From the human T2T-CHM13v2.0 reference genome, Homo sapiens, in assembly GCF_009914755.1 (NCBI RefSeq), contig NC_060935.1: a stretch of 64,000 nt of DNA. The stretch is one strand, 5' to 3'. How positions within the stretch are numbered: the first letter of the stretch is position 1; the number at the start of each line of letters is the position of its first letter. Shown here in pieces: positions 1 to 11,947 of the stretch. The notes beneath the pieces are model-generated. The model searched no databases and was not told the DNA's origin. It saw nothing but the letters and a program-made list of their open reading frames with translations. A program made the translations under genes and the position numbers.

Positions 1-670
1 AATTTAACTCCATTAAAATCGATATAACCAAATTGAGTTTTTCTTCAAACAAGGTTGTTACCTGAGCATTGAGCTGTGCCTTAGGGAAGCTTTTATTCTG
101 ATGAAGACAGCAATTCCTCTGTTCAGAGCCAAATAAAATCTTCCTTCTGGAATTATATTGTAGACCCCTATTCTCCTGGTATCAAAATCAAGGCACTTTA
201 TAGGAAATGAAAAGGAACAGCTGTGAGATCATAAATGCCAACTTTAATTAAAAAAACTTCATTTTCTAGTACTCCATATACATGATTGTGGAATCTGTGC
301 AAACTGAGAGGTTTCCTAATTACTTTGCTCAGTAATACCAGGGCAGGATTCGTTTCCACGTGAAAGTGTAGGCACAAACCCAATTACTGTTGTTCTGCCA
401 ATGAAGATTATTAACCTGCTGTATGATAGTTCTACAAGCTAAGTGTTTGGTTCACAAATCTGATTTCCATATAGATTTTATAGATATACTCCTGTTTACT
501 GAAAGCACAGTGTGTTTGGGAAATCCCTGTCACAACATACTGAGTTGGGTGATAACTTGATAAGCAGGGCTGAATTATATGACTCCCCAATATTCAGAGT
601 TCATGGAATATCAGTGTTTGGTGGGACCATAAAGACCATCTATTCCCACCATGGTCCCACAAGAAAAGTT

Positions 671-1303
671 TGTTACCAAAAAGGGGTCCCTATCCAGACC
701 CCAAGAGAGGGTTCTTGGATCACACACAAGAAAGAATTTGAGGCAAATTCATACAGTAAAGTGAAAGCAAATTTATTAAGAAAGTAAAGAAATAAAAGAA
801 TGGCTGTTCCATAGGCAGAGTGACATGGGCTGCTCAGCTGCTTTTACTTATGGTTACTTCTTGATTGTATGCTAAACAAGAGGTGAATTATTCATGTGTT
901 TTCCGGGAAAGGAGTGGGCAATTCCTGCAACTGAGCATTCCTCTTCTTTTTAGACAATATAGGGTAACTTCCTGACATTGACATGGCATCTGTAAACTGT
1001 CATGGCGCTGGTGGGAGTGTCTTTTAGCATGCTAATACATTATAATTAGCATATAATGAGCAGTGAGGATGACCAGAAGTCACTCTTGTTGCCATCTTTG
1101 TTTTGGTGGGTTTTGGCTAGCTTCTTTACTGCAACCTGTTTTATCACCAAGGTCTTTGTGACCTTTAATTTCTGCCGAGCTCCTATTTCATCCTGTGACT
1201 AAGAATGCCTTAACCTCCTGGGAATGCAGCCCAGTAGGTCTCAGCCTTATTCTACCCAGCCCCCATTCAAGATAGAGTCTCTCTGGTTCAAAAGCCTCTG
1301 ACA
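671..1303 (-). mobile_element. MER41 (probably MER41B) ERV1 solo LTR
   Basis: Starts TGTTACCAAAAAGGGGTCCCTATCCAGACCCCAAGAGAGGGTTCTTGGAT and ends CCTCTGACA, matching the reverse complement of MER41. Length 633 bp. 4-bp TSD AGTT at 667-670 and 1304-1307. Confidence 0.9.
901..909. promoter_or_regulatory. GAS (STAT1) motif TTCCGGGAA within MER41
   Basis: Perfect TTCNNNGAA at the position of the known MER41 GAS tandem. The second site is degenerate (TTCCTGCAA, 922-930). Confidence 0.65.
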
Positions 1304-3514
1304 AGTTGACACATTCGTAATCACAGATTTAGTAAATGGTAAAGCCAGCTCCTGAGTTCAGGTCCTCTTATGATACTGGGTTCCAGGTATAGTAGATATC
1401 CTTCCAATGCCATTTTCTTTGATTATATGACTTTAGTGTAAAGATTCTGAGAGTTATGGTTGCTCATATACTACAGATAGCCTTAAGACAAGCCAGAAAA
1501 ATATATTCAATACCATTCAATATAAGAATTTTCTAGAAAAGTAGATTGTGTACATGATTTGTATTAATGAGATACCATGACATAATAAAAAATTAAAGGG
1601 TGATAAGATTTAGTGTTCTTAAAATAAAGAATTCAAAGTTTCTTCAAAATACCAAGAGGGGGCCATATTTTGCTTTAGTTTGTCATAATATTGTGCAATA
1701 ATCTTTGAGACAACCTTGTTAGCAAGGCAGTCGGAACATGTGTTCACTTTGATGTGTTAGCAACTCAATACTACCCACATTATTGTAAATTCTGCTTAAG
1801 TGGATAGCATTTATAGATATTAATTTTATTTGATAGTAATACAATAAGTCATAGTCACCTTTTTGATATTAAGCATTATGCTTTTATTTATAGAGTAAAA
1901 GGAACAAACATACGTTTTCTGTTGTCTTTAAAGTTGGAGCTTCATAAAGTGTAATAATAAATTCTTATACAGTACTTTTGTTGAAATCTGTATCTAATTG
2001 AAACTATCATGTCGCAAGATCAATCTTAGTTTGTAAGTAGGCTTGATTAGTTTCCATGGCCTTTGTTAGATTTGCCAGTCTGTAATCCTTTCTGTTGATC
2101 TCCCTCTTTTTGTTATCATGGTATATTAATTAATGTAGCCCTCATTAGAAAGTTCTGAAGAACTTAGCATATCAAAGAACTTGGATGGATAAAAGGGGAA
2201 AGGAGTCGGAAGGCATTGTCTGCATGGGGTTTCTTGACTTTCTGTGACTATTACCCAGCTTTAGACACCTGAAGGTTATTGCCCTTCGGATAGCACTGTT
2301 CAGAAAAAGAGTTTATTCCATAAGCGTTTGGATTGTTACATAATACTGTGGCCCATGATCTAGAATGTAGCCAATAAAGGGCAGAGATTAAAAATTGAGG
2401 CCAAGATGGAGAGTTTGAATACCAATTATATTTTATATTTACCATTTGACTAGCACACAATATTTAACTCTTTGAACCAACAATAATAATTGCATCAATT
2501 TCATAGAGCTTTTATGAAAATTAAACATATTCATTCATGCAAAATGCTAACCACATGCGTGGAACCTAGTAAGTGGGCAATCACAGTAAGGAATAATAAT
2601 CGTGATGCTTACGGTACTCTTTCTATCCTTAACCATTGAATCCCAGAATGCTCATTGGGTAAAATCACCTTTCTGCTCTTGGAAAAAGTCCTGGTGTGTC
2701 TCCTAAACTGAGTGCCCAGACCAAAAATAAAGAGGGAGGGGTTGAGGGGGGTAAGCTGAAAAGAGAGATTTATCACACTCTTTTATAGTAAGACTGTCAG
2801 CTTGAGTCTTATTATTTATAGATATCTCTTCATCCTATTTGTAGAAGTTATATTTCTCTAGGGAATACTGCTGTGGGTGAGGAGCTTAAAAAATATATCG
2901 AAGTGACCTTTCTACTAAAGAAAATGGGGGAAAAACAACAACAACAAAAAAGTCCATTTGTCAATAGGACCACAATGCAGCTAACTCACTGAACCTCTCG
3001 GTCAAATGGAAAAATACAATTCATAAAACTTTAAAGCCCTTTGAAGAATTAAAAAGCTAAATTCTAAAATCTTAGTCCTAAGAAAAACAAATGATTGGGA
3101 TGTATTGTAACATATATTTATAAAATACGTTCTTATTACTCACAGTCTCAACAAGGACATGGAGTTATATACACTTTACAAAGTTTGGTTTATGCAAACA
3201 TACAAACTGGATTCAGTAGAATCAAGATTTTGTTGAATATCATTTGTTGTATCATAAGGTTTATCAGGAGAAAAAAGCTCCAGATTTGTAAAATGTTCTA
3301 ACATTTATTGAGTGCATAATAGGCACTGTTGGATGCTTGAATACAAAAATATATAAGCCCTCAAGCAATTTGCCGTCTGGTGGGAGCAACACAGAATTCT
3401 CTTACAGCATTTTACACAAGCTTATTTTCAGACATTTGCAACAAAATATTGTCAGAAACTATTTGTGTGTCTGTTGCACACACTGAACGTTGATTTTCTT
3501 AAGGCACGGTGTTA

Positions 3515-3718
3515 TGCTTTTCTCATTGTGGTTTCCCAGAACCTGGAACAAAAAACTCTTTCTAAAACACTGTGAAATACCTTTAAGGAATCATTTATTT
3601 CCCACTTTCAGCCTATTGCTTTTCTCATTGTGGTTTCCCAGAACCTGGAACAAAAAACCTTTTCTAAAACACTGTGAAATACCTTTAAGGAATCATTTAT
3701 TTCCCACTTTCAGCCTAT
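3515..3718. repeat. Tandem duplication, 2 x 102 bp
   Basis: TGCTTTTCTCATTGTGGTTTCCCAGAACCTGG...CAGCCTAT occurs at 3515 and 3617 with about 2 mismatches. Confidence 0.95.
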
Positions 3719-6166
3719 GTGGATTGGGTGGGTTGAATCCCATCTTCAGCTTCCTAGAATGTCTATAACTGATAAGATTTCGAAGTATGAATCTGGTGGG
3801 GGTTACAAACATTCAGACCATATTAGATGCCTCACTTTATTTACTACAGTCTTGATTTTGTGCTTTATTAATTTTTAATTTTTCCATAAGAGATAGATTA
3901 GGCTGGGACCCATAATCTAGGGAAGCCAGCACTCACTGACTTGTAGATACTTTTGCCTGTTTCTCCAAAAGATGTATGCACAAATAACACACTTATAAGC
4001 AATCAATTTTTATTTCAAAATGAGTTATTAATATTATACAAATTAGGGCATTTGAAAAATGAAGGGGGGCACATTTACTAATTATTATGAGTGTAAGCCA
4101 TTTACTTTAGGTTTCGATACCAAACGTGAAGGTGTCCAAATAAACTTGTCATTTGTCTATGAATAGGTTTCCCAGGTCTTCTGTCCTGACCTCATCTAAG
4201 ACCTTATGGAGAAACCAGAGCTCTATAAACTTGAGTGTCTCTCATCTGCCTTATAATGGTGTTTCTAATACTTCCCTTGTCTAGGTCACAGAGTTTTGTT
4301 TTTGTTTGTTTGTTTGTTTAACAAAATACAATGTGATCATTCATGTCAAGTGCTATTATAAAATATATTTAAGCGCTGTATCTTCCTTTTACATGACTTA
4401 ACTTACAATTACTTTTTTAATACCCTGGAGCATCATTAGATAATGGAGCTCTGACTTCTTTCACAGAAAACAAAAAAATAATACTGAGGTTTAGCGTACT
4501 TCATCAGTAGTGAATGAAAGAACCCAGATTTCAGTTGAGGTGTGTTTTCTGTAAATTATTGTCTTTCTTCATAGACTTATTTTAGAAATCTTAAAAAGTT
4601 TAGAGTTTACTTTTATAATCTTGGATTTTGAAATTGTTGAAATCTATATATCTATTTAACTACCTATCATCTCTTTATCTGTATGTATATATGTGTATGT
4701 GCATGTGAACATAATTCTACAATGTGCTAACAAAATTATGTTAGTAGCTACTGTGCTACCCTTTCTATTCAAAGCCTCACATTTTAAATATTTGTAACTG
4801 GGAAAAATACATCCCAATCTAAATTAGGAAATGAAAAGAAAGAGACAAAACTTTTTGATGTTACAGGATGAGTATGGAACTAGACTTTGTAAGCCTTGAC
4901 CATATTTGTAATGTAATATAGATGACTTTCCTCATCTATAACTTGAGGGATGTATTCAGTGTGATGATTTCAAAGGTAGTGTCCAGACCGTAAAGTTGAT
5001 ACCATTTTGATGTTCTGTTCATATTGGGCCTATTTTTAGACACATTTATTCCTGGAAGTCACTTTTGAAAGTGCATGCCTATGAGGTTAAGTCCACCAGT
5101 GTATCTTATCTTTTCCTGATGTATGCATTGCTGATGTTTTCTCTTCTGACCCTGAAAAAAGCAATGAAACAACAGCATGCAGTGAGAAGCAATGGTTCTA
5201 AATTACATGGCTACAGATGTATAGTTTTGCAAAATGTGAAGCTCTGAAAAATGTAGCCTATATTGAATAAAACCATTTAAAAGTAAGAAGTTTTTTTTTC
5301 TGTAAATGCATATAAGAATTGACTAGCAAATGCAGTATTTAGCATAGTGATTCCAGTATAGTAGCTGTGTTTCTTATGGATTTATTCTAGAAGTTAAATC
5401 AATATTAATTATTATTTAACATTATTTACAGACTAGCAAACTGTATAGATGTGCTATAAATTTCTGAAAAATTGATATCTCAAATAAGCAATTCTCACAA
5501 GAGTTTTACTTCCTATTAGAACAGTATATTCATCACTAAAAAAGCAAGAAATCAAATGAATAAGTAAATAAATAAAATTAGATAACTGGTTATGAAGTAA
5601 AACTTAACACATTTTTAAGAAATTTGTTTTCTTTGAATATAAATTTTCTAATTTGTCTCTAGTGTTTGACTAACTTTGAATTTGGAATATTTAGAAAATC
5701 ATCTTGATGAATCTCTTCTTAGTATAATCTGAGTTGATTTAGTGTGGCATTTACACATCTCTCTTTCAGTGAATAATCCAATATCAACTGTGAAAAGGCA
5801 AGAGCCATATTGTATTCAAAGCTAACCTCAAGACATTTAGAAACTTTTTATAGAGAAAAAAATTATTCAGTTTTTTAATTACCTACCCTAGCTCTGCTCT
5901 TCCAATGTTGGTATTGCTCCCACTGAAATTAATGATCTGGTAAAGATTTGCACTTATGAAACTAACAGTCTGGATGAATAAATGAAAAAACAAACTTTGG
6001 ATCAAACTGTCATTAATCATAGTCAAATATGCCACTGGCAGCAAAGAATCTGTGGTGAAAGTCAAAGGCTGATGAAATTCTCCTGCATAATCATCATGAG
6101 GAATACTAAAAGCTCGTGGCTGAAGAAAGCTAAATGCCCTGTAAACAATGGAAATATGGATACAGT

Positions 6167-6173
6167 AAAAAAA

Positions 6174-6235
<62 letters not shown>
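6167..6235. repeat. A24(AT)15T15 compound microsatellite; perfect 60-bp palindrome at 6176-6235
   Basis: Read directly from the sequence. Confidence 0.95.
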
Positions 6236-6708
6236 CCTTTTCCTTTTGTTTTTAAGGGGCCTGTGTTTTACTGGTTAAGACTGAACAATCAATGTTTAGT
6301 TTTCAGGGTAGAAAAATCATTTCTAAGTCTTTCACCTTTACCTAAGGAAGTTGATACATATTTATTAAATATCTACACTATGTTCAGTAGGTTTTAACTT
6401 GGTTTAGATAAAAGATGAATCCACTAGATCTAAGAAAATAGCTGAAATGTTTCCTAGGTTACTTTCATAGCATTTACAAATTAGATTGAGGTATTAGAAC
6501 CACAGTTTTATGCCTGGAAAATGCAAATCCTCTCTAAACAGGATTCTAGTTGCAAAATGACACTCTTTTTTATTTAGGTATTTCAATAGCTTCTGCTAAA
6601 TATACAATAGAATTATAGCATTTGATCATGTAAAATACCTATTTCACATGTTTGTAGATAAGCCTAAAGGTTCTTCACATGTAAGCACTTGCAACAGGAT
6701 GGTAACAT

Positions 6709-7159
6709 TGTGTCTGGAGTTGGTTCCTTCTGTGGGTTTGTGGTCTTGCTGACTTCAAGAATGGAGCTGCAGACCTTCGTGGTGAGTGTTACAGCTCTTA
6801 AAGATGGCATGGACCCAAAGAGTGAGTGGTAGCAAGATGTATTGTGATGAGCAAAAGAACAAAGCTTCCACAGCGTGGAAGGGGACCCAAGCAGGTTGCC
6901 ACTGCTGGCTGAGGTGGTCAGATTTTATTTCCTTATTTCTTGCCTCCCATGTTCCATTTCTGTCCTATCAGAGTGCCCTTTTTTCAGTCCTCCCTGCAAT
7001 TGGCTACTTTTAGACTGCTGCTGATTGGTGCGTTTTACAGAGTGCTGATTGGTGCATTTTACAAAGCGCTGATTGGTGCATTTTACAATCCTCTTGTAAG
7101 ACAGAAATGTTCTCCAAGTCCCCACTTGACCCAGGAAGTCCAGCTGGCTTCACCTCTCA
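6709..7159 (-). mobile_element. LTR12F-like (HERV9/ERV1) solo LTR
   Basis: TGTGTCTGGAGTTGGTTCCTTC...GACTTCAAGAATG...GGTGAGTGTTACAGCTCTTAAAG, with repeated GCTGATTGGT (CCAAT) boxes, ending CACCTCTCA. TSD ACAT at 6705-6708 and 7160-7163. Confidence 0.88.
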
Positions 7160-7356
7160 ACATGATCACGTGGTGTTCTTTCAGGAATTAAAGAGCTACT
7201 GCAAGTTAACAATGAAGCATTTTAGCAGTGTGCAAAATGTTTCAGTGGGTGTGTGGGCTCCCGAGTCAGACCTGCATTTATTCCGGTCTCTATCATTTTC
7301 TGTGTAATGTGGGATAAATTACTGAAACTCTGTGTCAGTTTCCTGATCTGAAAATA

Positions 7357-7427
<71 letters not shown>

Positions 7428-7433
7428 TATTTT
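7357..7433. repeat. (TG)n-An-(TA)n compound microsatellite
   Basis: Read directly from the sequence. Confidence 0.95.
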
Positions 7434-9911
7434 CTACTTCTTTCCTAGAATTGCAAAGTATATATTCTGAAGAAACCCCAGTCATAAAAGAAAAAATTAA
7501 ATGGAACAAGAAAAGAAACAGTGAACTAGAAAAATAACTTAGTAGAAAACTACTCACAAACTAGGGTAGCCTTAGGGAAAAATCTGATAATCGGCCCTGT
7601 GAGCTGTCTTGTACACTTCAGGCCTCTGCAAATGATACAGCTGAAGCTGAAATCCTTGCACTAAGTTGGAACCCCAAAGGGAAAGGTTCTAAAGGAAATA
7701 AACCTAACTCAGCACTTCAGCATTTCCCAAATTAACTGTAGTTAAATATAATCTCACAATCAAAAGAAAAAGAAAAATTTCTATCCTAAAGAAACAAGTC
7801 ACCATGACAGAGTCAGCAAAAACAACCACAGCAGATTTGGAACTCCAAGAACTGCAAATAATATACATCTTATTAAATAGCTATCCATGAACAGCTTAAA
7901 AATTAAAAAAAAAGACGTCTAGCTAAAAGAAAATTCTGATATGATAAAAGATGATTAGGATTTAAAAAAACCCAAATAAAAGTATTCAAAGTGAAAATGT
8001 AATCATTTATGTTAAAAATTCAATGTCTAGATTAAACTGTGGTTAGACCCAAAAGAGAATTTTTGAACTGAAAGACAAATCTGGAGAAATTTTCCATAAA
8101 ACAGCTTAGAAAGACAAGGAAATTGAATCCTGGAAAAAAAAAATTAAAAGCTTTATACATGAAAGATAAAACGAGAAATCCTTTATATCTAATCGGAGTT
8201 CTAGAAGACAAAGAAAAGGAGAAGAGACAATATTGAAGAGGTAATGGCTAAAGATTTTTCAAAGCAGATAAATAATATCGATTTGCTAATACTTGAAGCA
8301 TTATCTGTACCAAGCAGAGCAAATAAAAAGAGACTCACACATAGTTTTAAGACAAATAGTAGTATGTTAAACATTTTTAAATAAATCAGAGAAAACACAG
8401 ATTATCCCCCCCAAAAAAGTTTTTATGTAACAAAAGACTGCAAGAGAAATAAGGAAGGCAAGAAGACAGTAGAATAGTACCTTTAAGTGTCAAAAGCAAA
8501 CAATAACAGCAAAAATATGCCTTAACCTAAAATCTTCAACCTAGGAAAAATATATTTTAGGAATAAGGAATAAATAAAAATATTTTCTGATAATTGAAAA
8601 TGAAGAGAATTAGCCACCAAAATACTTTTCAAAAGAAATTTAACTAAAAAGATGCATTTTAAGAAAGAGAAAAAAAAATAAGTATCACAGAAGGATGACC
8701 TAAGATGAAAGAACAAATGGTAAGCAAAGAAATAGTCATATAGGTATGCAAATTTAAAAGTAATTATGTTTTTATAAAATAATCATAATATATAATTTGT
8801 GACATTAATATTAATTGCAGAACTAAAATATAAAAAATGTCCTATTTAGGTCAGGAGGAGGCAGATGGCATTATTTGCATTCTTTTGTTGTCCTTGTATT
8901 TTCCAGGAAATTTGCTAAGATAGCAAATAATTTTAGAAATCATTAAGTTGTTAATGGAATTTTAAGAGTAACTACTACAGGAACAGAAAGAAACTCAAGT
9001 ACAGCTTCTAAAGCAGTAGGTAGAAAAACAAAACTAGAAAAATAAAGTTTGAAAAAAGACAGTAAAATAAATTTTGGAAAACATATTTAACTATATATGT
9101 GTATGTAACTATGTATATAATTATGTAAATGTATAACATAACTTACATATGTATACATGTTATGCAGAACTACATACATTATACATGCATGCATGCATAC
9201 ATACATGTATACATAACTACTATATATGTATATAAACTACCTATTAATATGCAGATACGTGTGTATATACACACACACCTTCATAATAAACATAAATGGG
9301 ACTGAACTTTTCAGTAATAAGACTGTTAGAATGAATTTTAAAAAGAATACATTCTATTTATAAGACATATTAAAAATCATATAAGTTCAAAATTTTAAAA
9401 AAGAAAAAATATGCCCTGATAAATATTAAGTAAAAGGACCTTGCAGTGTCATAATAGTATTAGATAAATTAGATTTTACACCAAAAAACATTATTTGACA
9501 TAATGTAACATAGATTACTATTTTAGGCAGTGGTTTAATTTATTGGGAAAATTTGTAGGTACTTAATAATCTCAAATATATAAAAAGCAAGAATAATAAA
9601 ATACTAGGAGTTGATGAATCCACCATCATGTTTGGGTAATTAATGAAAATTTTGTTACTAATAGGTCAAGCAAATATTTGTAAATATACCAAGATTTCAA
9701 CAAATATTAAAAATCTTTATTATAGATGTAAACAGAACACATCACTCCATAACATATTAAAACTCTTAAGCATACCCTGAACATTTACAAAAATTCCCTG
9801 CATAGGAGACAAAAAGCAACTCTCAACACATTTTAAAGAATTGATTTTATACAGATCATGTTCTTTGACCACAATTCTTAGAAATCAATAGCAGAGCACA
9901 AAAGAAATGAC

Positions 9912-10816
9912 TGTGATATTGTGACATAATAAGAAATATATATCTGGTCTCTATCCCCAGTTTCTGGCACAAAGCGCTAAAAACTCTTGTCAATTACCGG
10001 AGCCGTAGAGGTGCTAGGTGCATCTTTTGTTCTAATATTTGGCCTTTGACCCAGGTTTCTGACACAGAGATTCTAATCCTTTGGAATTTCCTGGGTGACA
10101 GGAGTGTCTTTTATTGTAAGGGGGCAACTCTTGGTGGGCTCTTAGATAGGATCTGGTCACCAGAGACCAAGCCCTGATTAAAAGATTGGAACATTCATCC
10201 CCTCCCATCCTCTGAGAAGGGGAGAGGAATTGGAGATTGAGTTAATAATCAGTCATGGCTGTGTAATGAAGCCTTCCATAAAAAGTCCGAGAACCATAGG
10301 GTTCAGAAAGTGACCAATTAACTGAACACATGTGGAAGTCTGGAAAGGTAGCACACCTTTCAGAGGGCACAGAAACTTCACATCTCTTCCCCCATCCTTG
10401 CCCTGTGCATCTCTTCCATCTGGCTGTGCTTTTGTTTCCTTTACAATATCCTTTATAATAAATTGGTAAATGTAAGTAACTCTTTAGTTCTGTGAGCCAT
10501 TCTAGTAAATGACAAAAACTGAAGAGGAGGTTGTGGGAACCCCCAGTTTATAACTAGTTAGTCAGAAGTGCTGGAGGCCTGGATATGTGATTGGCGTCTA
10601 ATGTGGGAGCAGTCTTGTGGGACTGAGCCCTTAACTGGTGGAATCTAATGTTAACTCCTGGTAGTTTCAGAATTAAATTACAAGGCACCGAGTTGGTGTC
10701 CACCAGAGAATTGATGTGTGGGGGAAAAAGCCACACATTTGGTGTCAGAAGTGATGTATTGAGAGTGTTTTGAAAGTATGGTAGGAGAGAGCTGTTGTGT
10801 TTGTTTTTTCCTTACA
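9912..10816 (+). mobile_element. MER21 (B/C) LTR
   Basis: Begins TGTGATATTGTGACATAATAAGAAATATATATCTGGTC, has an internal TTTATAATAAA, ends TTTTTCCTTACA. The L1 ORF2-like sequence resumes on both sides. Confidence 0.8.
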
Positions 10817-11049
10817 GACCCCCATATATTTACAAATTTTAAAAACATATATGCAAATTGTTGATGGGTCAAGTAATAATTTCTAATGAAAATTGTTTAA
10901 ATACTTAGAACTGATGATACAAAAAACAATACATGTCAACACTTGTGTGACACAACAAAAGCAGTATTTTAGAGGAACTCTATAGAATTAATGGATAGCA
11001 AGAAAACATAAAGACTGAAGATTCATAGACTAATGGTTCAAATGAAGTT

Positions 11050-11310
11050 ATTTTCATTGAGGTTAAATTTACATAAATATTAAAATCATTTTAAAATGAA
11101 CAATTCAATGGCAGTTAGTCATTCACAATATTGTGCAATTGCTACCTCTATCTAGTTCCAAAACAATTTATCAACCCAAAAAGAAATATCCTACTATCAA
11201 GCCCTCTACTCAGTCCCTGGAAACCGCAGATCTACTTTCTGTCTCAATGGACTTGATTATTCTGAACATTTCATATAAATGTAATCATAACATATATGAC
11301 CTTTTCTGTC
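11050..11310 (-). mobile_element. L1MA/MB-type 3' end fragment
   Basis: ATTGAGGTTAAATTTACATAA...TTCACAATATTGTGCAA...CTAGTTCCAAAAC...CTACTTTCTGTCTC is typical of old L1 3' UTR read antisense. Confidence 0.7.
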
Positions 11311-11947
11311 TGGAAAATTAAATTATTTTTAAAAGAATAACATAGTAAACTCAGATAAAATAGAAGAAAGAATATCGTAAAGCTAAAGATTGAAATTGAT
11401 AAAATTGAGATCAAAGTTATGCAAAGAACCACTAAAAATCTGGTAAAATGAACTGGGGAGGGGGACAGAGAGAGAAAATTAGAAATAATTACAAATGCAA
11501 TCGAAATTAAAAATTTAAAACAACATCTATGAAAGATTGTGTTAAATAAAAAATACAAAAAGATGTTTAACCTCATTAGTGCTGAGAGAAGTAAAATTAA
11601 AATTACTGTTAGAAACTGTTCAATAAACAAAAGCTGACACCTGACTATTAGTGAGTGTGTAAATTGATCTAATCAATTTAGAAAGTGCTCTGGCATTATT
11701 TTAAAATTGGACATGTACATTTCTTACTATTCAGTTATTTTGTTACTAGAAATATATCAAAAATTTAATCTCACATTCATGTACTAAGTGAATTATGCAA
11801 AAATCTTCATAGGAACACTGCATGTAATGGAAAAAAAAATGGAAATAATCCCTGTGGTACAATCATACATGTAAGATTGTACACACCTATACAATTATAC
11901 ATATTGTGTTACAATCATACATACATTTACAGTATTAAAATGGTATT

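Larger units (their letters stand above)
7700..11940 (+). mobile_element. Ancient L1M-type LINE (ORF1/ORF2 remnants), interrupted by MER21 and an L1 3' fragment
   Basis: A-rich + strand with decayed ORF1-like and ORF2 endonuclease-like motifs (TAAATGGGACTGAAC; ATGTTCTTTGACCACAAT; ATGGGTCAAG). Boundaries are approximate. Confidence 0.65.

Noticed and set aside
3515-3718. CRISPR-like or coding repeat
   Set aside because: Eukaryotic DNA with only two adjacent units and no spacers.
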